A DNA stretch of 24,428 nt from a virus. Lineage: Duplodnaviria; Caudoviricetes. The notes under the pieces are model-generated. The model saw nothing but the letters and a program-made list of their open reading frames with translations, did no database searches and had not been told where the DNA came from. Below, piece after piece: positions 1 to 8,798 of the stretch (the first letter of the stretch is position 1; the number at the start of each line of letters is the position of its first letter). The position numbers and the translations under genes are program-made. Location of the stretch: positions 1 through 24,428 of the IMG/VR virus record IMGVR_UViG_3300011335_000379. The stretch is one strand, 5' to 3'.

Positions 1-486
1 GTCTCGGTACTCACCCGCGCTCACCTCAAGGCGTTGAGGTTGGCGGGGCTGTCGGCGGCGCTGAGCAATCCTGGGTTGACGAAGGTGACGGAGGTGGAGG
101 CGAGGTGGGCGATTGAGTTTGTGGAGACGGACATCACGTACATGATGGCGCGGTTTGAGAGAGGGGATGTGGGGGAGGGGGATGCGAAGCAACTCAACGT
201 GCTGCGGGACAAGATGAGGTCGTTCTTTAACCCGTCTAAACCACCCACAAAAGATGCGCGCTGGCTCAAAATGTTGGAGAAGGGCGCCGTGCCTCATTCC
301 CTCATTTCTCAACGCTTGCTGAATGTTGCATGCTTTGCCAATGACCGGCGAGGCGCATCAGCAGCGCTTGCCGCTTCGCTAAAAGAGCTCATGGCCATGG
401 GCGAAGTAAGAGAAATTCCCGCGCAGCAAGTTCTAAACGAGTTCGGAACGTCAACGAAGGCCTATGTGTTGATGGAAGGTACTTGA
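1..486 (+). CDS. C-terminal part of a probable replication protein (primase/helicase-associated, DUF3987-like); 5' truncated
   Basis: Frame is open from base 1 (VSVLTRAHLKALRLAGLSAALSNP...EARWAIEFV), resembling the helical lid segment of DUF3987-type ATPases, followed by a winged-helix-like tail (LAASLKELMAMGEVREI); sits next to an origin-like region. Confidence 0.5.
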   Translation, partial: VSVLTRAHLKALRLAGLSAALSNPGLTKVTEVEARWAIEFVETDITYMMARFERGDVGEGDAKQLNVLRDKMRSFFNPSKPPTKDARWLKMLEKGAVPHSLISQRLLNVACFANDRRGASAALAASLKELMAMGEVREIPAQQVLNEFGTSTKAYVLMEGT

Positions 487-510
487 CAAGATTGGTGGGT
501 CTTTACATTG

Positions 511-550
511 CTATGTTAGTGGTCGCTAACGTTAGTGAACGCTAACATAG
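511..550. repeat. Tandem pair of 16-bp palindromic boxes (GTTAG-N6-CTAAC) inside an outer inverted repeat
   Basis: GTTAGTGGTCGCTAAC (515-530) and GTTAGTGAACGCTAAC (531-546); CTATGTTAG (511-519) is the reverse complement of CTAACATAG (542-550). Confidence 0.85.
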
Positions 551-587
551 GGGCTATTATTAGGATATTAAGATCCGCTATTAGGGC

Positions 588-600
588 TAACCCATTGATT
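588..600 (-). promoter_or_regulatory. IHF consensus site
   Basis: Minus strand reads AATCAATGGGTTA, matching WATCAANNNNTTR. Confidence 0.6.
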
Positions 601-742
601 CATAAGGCTTTTTTAGATTATTACGTTATTAGGTGTAAAAGACAAAAAGACAAAAATATTCATACGCGCTAACTTCACGCGTTAATGAATATCACTTATT
701 CTTAAGTTAGTAATAATAGTAATAACGTAATAAACATATATA

Positions 743-755
743 AATCAATAGGTTA
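743..755 (+). promoter_or_regulatory. IHF consensus site
   Basis: AATCAATAGGTTA matches WATCAANNNNTTR, with an AT-rich tract upstream. Confidence 0.6.
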
Positions 756-843
756 GCTATCATAAAGATGTAATAAGAACCTAATACGAGGTTTGGGTTG
801 GTTTTACGGTTTAGTAAGTTCTATTTAACGAAGGAGAAGAGCT

Positions 844-1323
844 ATGGCGTTGCGACCAGGTGGGAATAGGCAGAAGGGGCATGATGGGGAGAGGGATGTG
901 GTGAAGTTGCTTTCACCGATTGTGGAGATGGTGTTGGGGGAGGGGAAGTTGCGTCGGAATTTGATGCAGTCGAGGGAGGGTGGGCATGACATCTGCGGGC
1001 TAGATCATTTGGCCATTGAGGTGAAGAGGTGTGAGACGTTAGAGGTTGAGAAGTGGTGGAGGCAGACGCTTCGCCAAGCGGAGGATGCGGGAGGGGCGAT
1101 TCCGGTGTTGATGTTTAGACAGAATCGAGGGAAGTGGCGGGTGATGATGTTTGGGCATGTGGGCGTAATGGTGTGTCGCGTTGAGATAGATATGACGACG
1201 TTTGCACTGTGGTTGGGAGAGGATTTAAAGATGCGGGGGAGAAGGGGGGAGATTCGGGCGCTGAGCGGGTGCTATGAGGAGGAAGGTGCGCAGGTAGGGG
1301 AGACGGGCGCAAAGGCGTTGTAG
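844..1323 (+). CDS. PD-(D/E)xK nuclease, Holliday junction resolvase-like (Hjc type)
   Basis: N-terminal RQKGHDGERDV, then GGHDI and AIEVKR catalytic motifs; RBS AAGGAG upstream. Confidence 0.8.
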   Translation: MALRPGGNRQKGHDGERDVVKLLSPIVEMVLGEGKLRRNLMQSREGGHDICGLDHLAIEVKRCETLEVEKWWRQTLRQAEDAGGAIPVLMFRQNRGKWRVMMFGHVGVMVCRVEIDMTTFALWLGEDLKMRGRRGEIRALSGCYEEEGAQVGETGAKAL

Positions 1324-1327
1324 CAAG

Positions 1328-1359
1328 TTTCTTTGAATTTTTTGATTTCTTTGAATTTT
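1328..1359. repeat. 14-bp direct repeat upstream of terS
   Basis: TTTCTTTGAATTTT at 1328-1341 and 1346-1359. Confidence 0.8.
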
Positions 1360-1413
1360 CCTGTAATATGTCAAACTAGTTTGACGGTGCTTTGAATATA
1401 GGAGTGGGTAATC

Positions 1414-1884
1414 ATGGCAACTGGTGGTGCAAGACGAGGCGCGGGTAGACCTAAGAAATCAACGTCTGTGGTGCTTGTAAACGCCAAAGCAGCGCTTGCG
1501 CCACTAGCGAAGGCGAGGTTGACGGAACGACTGATGGACAAGGTGATGGGGATGAACATCACGCCTCTCGAGGTGATGCTTAACACCATGAAGTTGGCCT
1601 ATGATCAGGGACAACTTGCACTCAACGCCCGAGAGAGGGAGGTTGATAACGACAAACGGGAGTATATGCTCCGCATTGCGCAGGCTCAAATGGGCCAGGC
1701 GTCGTTGGTTGCAGAGAAGGTGGCGGGGTATCTTCACCCTAAACTTCAAGCGGTGACGTTGAAAGGAGACGAAAAGAATCCTCTTGAGATGGGCGTAAAC
1801 TTTCGTAACTTATCAGACAATGATCTTAAAACAATGGAATCTATCATGTCCAAAGTAAATGGAGATGATTTAAAAACAAACTGA
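1414..1884 (+). CDS. terS: Terminase small subunit (putative)
   Basis: Immediately upstream of terL; N-terminal GGARRGAGRPK motif, TPLEVML helix and YLHPKL motif typical of phage small terminases; RBS GGAG. Confidence 0.75.
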   Translation: MATGGARRGAGRPKKSTSVVLVNAKAALAPLAKARLTERLMDKVMGMNITPLEVMLNTMKLAYDQGQLALNAREREVDNDKREYMLRIAQAQMGQASLVAEKVAGYLHPKLQAVTLKGDEKNPLEMGVNFRNLSDNDLKTMESIMSKVNGDDLKTN

Positions 1885-1885
1885 A

Positions 1886-3463
1886 ATGAACGCACCGTTA
1901 TCACCCTCAGTAGTTCTTGAGCTCATCAAGAAAGAAAGGCAAAGGAGAACGGCTGAAGGTTGCTTGTATGACTTTGTCAAGCAGAGCTGGCATGTTGTAG
2001 AGCCGGGCATACCGTTTGTACCGTCGTGGCACATTCAAGAGATTTGCGAACACCTTGAGGCTATTTCTAGTGGCGACATCCGCCGGCTGCTTATCAACAT
2101 TCCGCCAAGGCACTCTAAGTCAACCATTGTGTCGGTCATGTGGCCGATGTGGGAATGGCTGACAACGCCGGAACAGAAGTTCTTGTGCGCTAGTTACGCC
2201 GGCAACTTGAGCATCCGCGACAACTTGAAGGCGCGGCGCTTGGTGCAGTCGCCTTGGTACCAAGAAAGGTGGGGTTGGTTGTTTGAATTGTCTGGCGACC
2301 AGAACGCCAAGCAGCGGTTCGAGAACAGCAAGACAGGTTACCGCATCGCCACATCACCCGGGGGTATGGCAACAGGAGAGGGGGGCTCTCGGTTAGTGCT
2401 TGATGACCCGCATGGGGCGCAGGATGCACAATCCGATGCCATGCGTGAGAGTACTCTCGAGTGGTTTGACATGGTTTGGTCAACGCGGCTGAACAACCCC
2501 AAGACCGACGCCATGGTTGTAGTGATGCAGCGACTACATGAGCGCGACATCAGTGGGCACATACTTGAGGACATTAAAGGTTGGGAGCACGTTTGCATCC
2601 CGGCCGAATGGGATGGCAAAGCACGTAAGACGGTGCTCGGTCCTTATGACCCACGTACCAAGAAGGGTGAACTCATCTGCCCTGAACGCTTCGGGCCGGT
2701 GGAGATTACTGCTCTCAAACAACTGCTCGGTTCATACGGCACGAGCGGCCAACTGCAGCAGGACCCTGTGCCAAGCACCGGCGGCTTGCTTAAGACATCT
2801 TTCTTCCAGCAGTGGCCGCACAATGAGCGGTTGCCGCAGTACGAGTACATACTGCAGAGTTACGACTGCGCGTTTACCGAAAAGACTTCTGGCGACCCAA
2901 CGGCATGCACTGTATGGGGTGTCTTCACCCACAAGAAAGAGCGACACTGCATGCTGCTTGATGCTTGGGACGAGCACTTGAGTTACCCGGACTTGAGGAC
3001 AAAAGCGGTCAAGGACTGGACGACTGAGTATGGAGGCGACAACAACAACGGTGCCGGTATGCCCACTCGTGCTCGACGGCCAGACAGGATTCTAGTTGAG
3101 GCGAAAGCCAGTGGGCAATCGCTGCTGCAGGACTTGCGTTTGGCAAAAGTGCCTGCGGTAGGTTATAATCCGGGAAATGCCGATAAAATCAGCCGTGCGC
3201 ACCAAGCCGCACCCACTTTGGAGCTCGGACTATTGTGGATACCAGAGTCAAAGCGCAACCCCGGACAGCCTGTCAGTTGGGCAGCGGCGTTCCTCAAGCA
3301 AGTGGCCAAGTTCCCACTGGCCGAGCATGACGACTATGTGGACACGTTCACGCAGGCCGTCATCTACCTCAAGAATGATGGCTGGTTTGAGCTGCCACAA
3401 GCCAAGGACGTTGATGAACCACGGCCAAAAAACCGAGACAAGGTGAACCCCTATGCCGCGTGA
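1886..3463 (+). CDS. terL: Terminase large subunit
   Basis: Walker A-like INIPPRHSKST, Walker B LVLDDPH, VVMQRLHERD coupling motif, RNase H-like nuclease residues (SYDCAF, DPTA, HDDYVD). Confidence 0.97.
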   Translation: MNAPLSPSVVLELIKKERQRRTAEGCLYDFVKQSWHVVEPGIPFVPSWHIQEICEHLEAISSGDIRRLLINIPPRHSKSTIVSVMWPMWEWLTTPEQKFLCASYAGNLSIRDNLKARRLVQSPWYQERWGWLFELSGDQNAKQRFENSKTGYRIATSPGGMATGEGGSRLVLDDPHGAQDAQSDAMRESTLEWFDMVWSTRLNNPKTDAMVVVMQRLHERDISGHILEDIKGWEHVCIPAEWDGKARKTVLGPYDPRTKKGELICPERFGPVEITALKQLLGSYGTSGQLQQDPVPSTGGLLKTSFFQQWPHNERLPQYEYILQSYDCAFTEKTSGDPTACTVWGVFTHKKERHCMLLDAWDEHLSYPDLRTKAVKDWTTEYGGDNNNGAGMPTRARRPDRILVEAKASGQSLLQDLRLAKVPAVGYNPGNADKISRAHQAAPTLELGLLWIPESKRNPGQPVSWAAAFLKQVAKFPLAEHDDYVDTFTQAVIYLKNDGWFELPQAKDVDEPRPKNRDKVNPYAA

Positions 3464-4553
3464 AGACAAAACAAAAGCAGCCTTTGGTATTTACCCAAAG
3501 CAACGGGCTAAAGCTAGTTCACCAGAGACTATTAAAGGGGTGAATGACCTGGTAAATTTGCTTGGAGACATAGTTCTACCTAAAGATGCCGTTGATGTTG
3601 GCTTAATGGCTTTACCTGTTGCTGGCAACATGCGCAAATTAGGGGCTGCTTTAATTGCAGGAGGAGCCACAACTGACTCTGAAGCCGGTGGTTTAAGCGC
3701 ATTGATGCGGTTGCTTTCAAAAGAAGCCCCTGCTCAAGCGCGTCAAATCAGAGAGGCGTTGGGTCGTGCATATACATCCAACGTTGAGCATTCTGTAGTT
3801 GGATCAGCCGATAAGGGTCCTGTAGGATCAATAGTTTCAGGAATATACGATTCGGTTGCTCCAAACCAACTTGACATTGCCCGGGCATTAAAGAGCAATG
3901 GATCTATTGCTGATTTTCATACACATCCAACTATTGGTCAACCAGCCTTTGATGTTTCACCGAGTTCATCTGACTTCAGATTTGCATCAAATGAATACTT
4001 TCCAGGTAAACAAGATAGAGAACTAAGAACAATCATTGCATCGCCAGCAGATCCAGGCTCTCGCTCACCGTCGGCTTACTCGTTCTTTGCAACTGATAAT
4101 CCTAGTAAAGTATTTGATAAACGCAAACTTGATGCTGCAGTTTTTGAACTACAAAGAGGGGGTAGCAAAGGGACTTTTAAGTCTGTTCTTGATGATCCGA
4201 GGTTTCGCGAATACTTTGACCAAGGCGGATCAATGGGTGAGCTTGCTGAAAATATAGCCCCTTTATCGCTGTTTGACTTGCGTAAAGCACAAGGAATGGG
4301 AAGGGGAGAAGTTGTTCTTAGTGGAAGACCGTTAAGTCAAAACCCTGAGTCGACAAACACAGAACTATTCAGAATGATGAACCCGAGTGCTGTTGAATTG
4401 TTAACCCGCAAGGGTTTTGCTGAGGGCGGTATGGTCTCATCAAACCACTTTGACCCAATTAGAATCAAACAGATCATTGCCGGCTTAGATGATGAGTATG
4501 ATCCCGAACGCATCCAGCAAATAGTTGCGCAACGTGAAAGTGCATATGCCTAA
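3453..4553 (+). CDS. Hypothetical protein with JAB/MPN-like metallopeptidase motif and C-terminal FAEGG motif
   Basis: E(HSVVG)...DFHTHP-x11-SSSD; overlaps both the terL stop and the portal start; central part visibly more AT-rich than its neighbours. Confidence 0.6.
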   Translation: MPREDKTKAAFGIYPKQRAKASSPETIKGVNDLVNLLGDIVLPKDAVDVGLMALPVAGNMRKLGAALIAGGATTDSEAGGLSALMRLLSKEAPAQARQIREALGRAYTSNVEHSVVGSADKGPVGSIVSGIYDSVAPNQLDIARALKSNGSIADFHTHPTIGQPAFDVSPSSSDFRFASNEYFPGKQDRELRTIIASPADPGSRSPSAYSFFATDNPSKVFDKRKLDAAVFELQRGGSKGTFKSVLDDPRFREYFDQGGSMGELAENIAPLSLFDLRKAQGMGRGEVVLSGRPLSQNPESTNTELFRMMNPSAVELLTRKGFAEGGMVSSNHFDPIRIKQIIAGLDDEYDPERIQQIVAQRESAYA

Positions 4554-7095
4554 AAATACAGACCTGACCATTGAAGATGATGAAGACGAAATCGTTGAGG
4601 TAGATGATGACGAGTCAGACACCGAGGATACTGATGACGGCGGCGCAATGGTCAAACTCAAGAACGAGGACGACCAACGCCAAAAGCAAGCGCACTTTGC
4701 CAATATTGTTGACGAGGTTGACCAAGGTGACTTGCAAGACGCCGTTACCGACCTGCTAGACAAGGTTGCCAAGGACAAGGACGCACGGCAGAAGCGGGAC
4801 AAGCTGTACGAGGAAGGCTTGCGCCGTACTGGCTTAGGTGACGATGCACCGGGCGGGGCGCAGTTCACAGGCTCAACAAAGGTTGTCCACCCCATGCTGG
4901 TGGAAGCCTGCGTTGACTTCTCTAGCCGAGTGATGAAGGAGATCTTCCCTCCCGGCGGTCCTGTCAAAAGCAAGATCCTAGGTGAGAAGGAGAAGGACAA
5001 GGTCGCCAAGGCCGAGCGCAAGACTGACTTCATGAACTGGCAGACTACTGAGCAGATGGTTGAGTTCCGTGGTGAGTTAGAGCAACTCAGTACGCAGCTG
5101 CCCTTGGGCGGTGCGCAGTATCTCAAGCTGATGTGGAGCGCCCAATACCTGCGCCCATGCGCTGAGTTTATCCCCATCGATGATGTGTACCTGCCCTTTG
5201 CGGCCACCAATTTCTATTCCGCAGAGCGCAAGACCCACGTCCAGTACGTGACCGAGATGGAGTACCAGCGCCGTGTTAGGTCTGGAATGTACATTGACGT
5301 TGACATCGGATCGCCTGAAGAGCCTGACTACAGCAAGGCGTCCATTGCCAACGACAAAATTGAAGGGCGCAAGGACACCAGCTACAATGAAGACGGTCTG
5401 CGTACTATCTTTGAGATCTACACCCACCTAGACTTTGGCGATGGTGTTGAGCCTTACATCATCAGCATTGACAAGACTAGCGGCAAGGCCGTGGCTCTGT
5501 ACCGCAACTGGGAGCCTGAAGACGAGCGCCGTGTAGAGCTTGACTGGATTGTGGAGTTCCCATTTGTGCCTTGGCGTGGTGCTTACCCCATCGGCTTGAC
5601 GCACATGATTGGTGGCTTGTCGGGTGCGGCTACAGGTGCACTACGCGCCTTGCTAGACTCGGCTCACATTCAGAACATCCCAACCCTGCTCAAGTTGAAG
5701 GGTGGCCCTGGTGGCCAAACGCTCAACGTCCAACCAACTGAGGTTGTGGAGCTTGAAGGCGGTGCGCTCATTGATGACGTGCGCAAGCTAGCTATGCCGC
5801 TACCGTTCAACGGCCCGAGTCCTGTACTGTTCCAGTTGCTTGGCTTTGTCGTTGACGCCGGTAAGGGAGTTGTGCAGACCAGCTTTGAGAAGCTGAGTGA
5901 TGCCAATCAAGCGCAACCTGTTGGCACAACCTTAGCTCTTATTGAGCAGGGCATGGTGGTCTTCAGTAGCATCCACTCCCGCATCCATGGCTCAATGAGC
6001 CGTGTGTTTAAGATCCTGCACCGCATCAACAGTGCCTACTTGACCATAGAAGACATCAAGGCCCAAGCCTCCGGTTTGGATGTCAAGCCTGAAGACTTTG
6101 ACGGCCCAATGGACGTTGTGCCGGTGAGTGACCCTGCAATCTTCAGTGAGACACAGAGGTTTGCTCAAACTCAAGCAGTCCTACAACGCGCAGCGACCAT
6201 GCCGCAGATGTATGACCAGCGCAAAGTTGAGCAAATGTTTTTGCGCAGCCTGAAGATCAGCGCTGACGATGTACTGCAACCAGCGCCCGGCACCGAGGAC
6301 ATTGATCCAGTGAGCGAGAATGTTGCCGCCGTTATAGGAACACCTGTTTATGTTCTGCCGCAGCAAGATCACATCGCTCACCTCAAAACACACTTGGCGT
6401 TCCTAAAGTCACCACTATTTGGCCAGAACCCGGCTATCGTTAAAACGTACATATTCCCAATGGCCACTCACTTGCGCGACCACTTGCTGAACTACTACTT
6501 GACCGAGGCGCATGAGGCAGTGGACGTTGCTCAGAAGAAAGATCTGATTGAGAAAGAAGCAGAGCAGCAGGTGGGGGTAATCTTGAAGGTGCAAGAAATC
6601 ATTGAGCAGCAGCTTGGTAGCTTTGCCCAAGAGCTCGCCCAGATTGACCAAGTTGCTCAGCAGTTCAAGCCCCAGCCACCGATGCCACCTGACAGTAGCA
6701 TGCAGATAGCTCAGATGAATGCACAGTTGCAAGGCCAAGCACTCCAGCAACGGACGCAACTTGACCAAGCAAAAATGCAGCAGGCCGCCCAAGCTGAGCA
6801 GGCAAAAATGCAAGCTGAGCAAACCAAACTGCAACTTGAGCAAGCTAAGCTACAACTGGAGCAATCCAAGGTCCAGCAAGATGCCCAGCAAAATGCACAG
6901 CAAATGGCTGCAGATGCTCAGCAAACAATGCTCAGAGAGCAGGCAGAGAACGAACGCTCAAAAGCCGATCTTCAGACCCGCTATCAAATGAACACAGACG
7001 ACAACAACACTGCCCTACGCCTAGCCGCAGCCGAGCTAGCCACAGGCGAGAAGTTTGCCGTCTCAACAGGTACAGGCGTCAATCCCGGCACTTGA
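4546..7095 (+). CDS. Portal protein with acidic N-terminus and long Gln-rich C-terminal coiled coil
   Basis: About 850 aa, follows terL; VVHPMLVEACVDF and KTDFMNWQ motifs of P22-like podovirus portals; ATG at 4546 preferred to the ORF-track start at 4525. Confidence 0.88.
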   Translation: MPKNTDLTIEDDEDEIVEVDDDESDTEDTDDGGAMVKLKNEDDQRQKQAHFANIVDEVDQGDLQDAVTDLLDKVAKDKDARQKRDKLYEEGLRRTGLGDDAPGGAQFTGSTKVVHPMLVEACVDFSSRVMKEIFPPGGPVKSKILGEKEKDKVAKAERKTDFMNWQTTEQMVEFRGELEQLSTQLPLGGAQYLKLMWSAQYLRPCAEFIPIDDVYLPFAATNFYSAERKTHVQYVTEMEYQRRVRSGMYIDVDIGSPEEPDYSKASIANDKIEGRKDTSYNEDGLRTIFEIYTHLDFGDGVEPYIISIDKTSGKAVALYRNWEPEDERRVELDWIVEFPFVPWRGAYPIGLTHMIGGLSGAATGALRALLDSAHIQNIPTLLKLKGGPGGQTLNVQPTEVVELEGGALIDDVRKLAMPLPFNGPSPVLFQLLGFVVDAGKGVVQTSFEKLSDANQAQPVGTTLALIEQGMVVFSSIHSRIHGSMSRVFKILHRINSAYLTIEDIKAQASGLDVKPEDFDGPMDVVPVSDPAIFSETQRFAQTQAVLQRAATMPQMYDQRKVEQMFLRSLKISADDVLQPAPGTEDIDPVSENVAAVIGTPVYVLPQQDHIAHLKTHLAFLKSPLFGQNPAIVKTYIFPMATHLRDHLLNYYLTEAHEAVDVAQKKDLIEKEAEQQVGVILKVQEIIEQQLGSFAQELAQIDQVAQQFKPQPPMPPDSSMQIAQMNAQLQGQALQQRTQLDQAKMQQAAQAEQAKMQAEQTKLQLEQAKLQLEQSKVQQDAQQNAQQMAADAQQTMLREQAENERSKADLQTRYQMNTDDNNTALRLAAAELATGEKFAVSTGTGVNPGT

Positions 7096-7113
7096 CACAC
7101 AGGAGAAACCGAA

Positions 7114-7242
7114 ATGAACAATACCCCCGCAGTCCCAATGAATAACGGCGCAGTCAAGCAACACCACCGCATGGCAGCAGGAGAGCCTTGCAATGGCCAG
7201 ACTTTGCCTGCACCACCCTCAATGCCAAAGACGCCTGCGTGA
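7114..7242 (+). CDS. Small hypothetical protein, 42 aa (MNNTPAVPMNNGAVKQHHRMAAGE...), absent from ORF track
   Basis: RBS AGGAG at 7101-7105; its TGA overlaps the next GTG start (GTGA). Confidence 0.7.
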   Translation: MNNTPAVPMNNGAVKQHHRMAAGEPCNGQTLPAPPSMPKTPA

Positions 7243-7436
7243 ATATAGAGACCGTTTTATTGCACCGGCTTAAAGCCGCGCAAGCAAGTTTTGCGCTTGA
7301 GTCACTCAAGCGCCCCCAAAACCGCGATAGCTTTGAGTACGGCTATCGCGTGGGTGTCGTATCTGGTTATGACGCAGCGTTAGATGTACTTTTTACCATT
7401 TTGGAAGAGGAGAAAAACAGTGGCAATGACTTATGA
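7239..7436 (+). CDS. Hypothetical helical protein of the head cluster, 65 aa
   Basis: GTG start coupled to the upstream stop; FEYGYRVGVVSGY motif; fills the portal-GroES gap. Confidence 0.75.
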   Translation: MNIETVLLHRLKAAQASFALESLKRPQNRDSFEYGYRVGVVSGYDAALDVLFTILEEEKNSGNDL

Positions 7437-7827
7437 GGACGCACTAGCAGAGGCTTTTCCGGCTGCAGAAGCCGGCATTCAGCCTTTTGGGAGCCGTGTT
7501 CTGGTACAAATTCGTAGTCCCAAACAACGTACCGCTTCTGGCATTATTTTGGATGTAGGCTCCCGAGACACTGAAAAGTGGAACACCCAGGTAGCCAAAG
7601 TCATCTCAATTGGCCCTTTGGCGTTTAAGAACCGTAACACTATGGCCAGTTGGCCTGAAGGTTCTTGGTGCGAGGAAGGTGAGTATGTGCGAGTTGCCAA
7701 GTATGGTGGCGATAGGTGGGAAGTTCCCATGTCAAACGGCGAATCGGCGCTGTTTGTAATCTTTAACGACTTGGACATCATCGGGCGAGTTAACGTCGAT
7801 CCACTGTCCATTCGTGCATTCATCTGA
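7420..7827 (+). CDS. groES: GroES/Cpn10-like co-chaperonin
   Basis: IQPFGSRVLV, TASGIIL mobile loop, AKVISIGP, KYGG, NDLDIIGRV; RBS GAGGAG before GTG 7420 (alternative ATG 7426). Confidence 0.9.
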   Translation: MAMTYEDALAEAFPAAEAGIQPFGSRVLVQIRSPKQRTASGIILDVGSRDTEKWNTQVAKVISIGPLAFKNRNTMASWPEGSWCEEGEYVRVAKYGGDRWEVPMSNGESALFVIFNDLDIIGRVNVDPLSIRAFI

Positions 7828-7837
7828 AAGGAGATGA
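7820..7837 (+). promoter_or_regulatory. RBS hairpin of the scaffold gene
   Basis: TCATCT-GAAAGG-AGATGA: 6-bp stem with the SD in the loop and 3' arm. Confidence 0.6.
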
Positions 7838-7840
7838 GAA

Positions 7841-8758
7841 ATGGCTGAAACACTGAATGAGCAAGACGAGGACAAAAAGCCCACAGAAGACATTGTCATT
7901 GTGGAAGACAAACCACAACGTGACGATGCTGACGAAGATGATGACCGCATTAAGGCTGACGAAGACAGTGGCACTGATTCTGAGCGAGAAGCAATCCGTG
8001 AACGCCGTAGGCTAGAGAAAATTGAGCGCCGTGACCGCAAAGACAAGGCTATCACCCGCGACAAAACGGAACTAGACTTCCTGCGCAAACGCAACGATGA
8101 GCTAGAACGCCGCATGGGGGCGCAAGAGCAGCGTGCTTACCAGTCTGACTTGCAAAACATTGATGCACATATCAGACGTGCGCAAGAAGAAGCTGAATTG
8201 TCAGACCGAGTCATTGCCAAGGCTGTTGAGTCAAGCAATGGTGCTGATGTTGCACAAGCATTAAAGTATCGAGACCAAGCACTAGCCAAACTCAATCAAC
8301 TGAATGCCATCAAAGCGCAGGCTACACAGGTTCAGCCGAAACCGCAACAACAGGTTGATGAAGCCACTATATCCCATGCAAAAGAATTCATGGCTGATCA
8401 CCCTTGGTATGACATTAATGGGCGTGATGAGGACAGCGCGATTGTCCTAGCAATTGATCAATCGTTGCACAAGGACGGTTACGACTCCAAGTCTGATGAA
8501 TATTGGGCAGAACTTAAACGTCGCGCTGCTCGCCGCTTGCCGGAGCGGTTTAAGAACGAAACACGGGTAGCACGAGGAGGTCCTGCCGTTGGTTCTGGCC
8601 GAGAACACGCACCAACCTCAACTCGCAATGAGGTTTACATCAGTCCAGAACGAAAGCAAGCTCTGATTGAGGCCGGAGTGTGGGATGACCCAATACTGCG
8701 CAAGAAATACGCCGCTCGGTACGCCGAATACGACCGTAACAATCGCAACCAAGCATAA
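7841..8758 (+). CDS. Capsid scaffolding protein (putative)
   Basis: Acidic N-terminus, long charged coiled coil and short C-terminal helix pair; located between portal and capsid genes. Confidence 0.7.
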   Translation: MAETLNEQDEDKKPTEDIVIVEDKPQRDDADEDDDRIKADEDSGTDSEREAIRERRRLEKIERRDRKDKAITRDKTELDFLRKRNDELERRMGAQEQRAYQSDLQNIDAHIRRAQEEAELSDRVIAKAVESSNGADVAQALKYRDQALAKLNQLNAIKAQATQVQPKPQQQVDEATISHAKEFMADHPWYDINGRDEDSAIVLAIDQSLHKDGYDSKSDEYWAELKRRAARRLPERFKNETRVARGGPAVGSGREHAPTSTRNEVYISPERKQALIEAGVWDDPILRKKYAARYAEYDRNNRNQA

Positions 8759-8774
8759 ATATTTTATTTTTTGA

Positions 8775-8789
8775 AAATTGAGGTATAAT
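8775..8789 (+). promoter_or_regulatory. Putative late promoter
   Basis: AAATTG-AGG-TATAAT in an AT-rich intergenic gap; similar motif at 12321 and 23854. Confidence 0.65.
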
Positions 8790-8798
8790 CCTCACCAA

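Larger units (their letters stand above)
551..790. other. AT-rich non-coding region with nested inverted repeats; putative replication origin or packaging/terminus site
   Basis: Inverted pairs 586-600/743-757 (1 mismatch), 618-631/720-733 (perfect 14 bp), 656-663/685-692, 664-668/678-682; TATTAGG x3 on the left and CCTAATA on the right. Confidence 0.6.

Noticed and set aside
4525-4545. ORF-track starts for portal (4525), 7188, 7384 and 11900
   Set aside because: Downstream starts at 4546, 7239, 7420 and 11939 fit RBS position or stop-start coupling better.
6700-6960. CAG/CAA-rich quasi-repeats
   Set aside because: Explained by the Gln-rich coiled-coil barrel of the portal protein.
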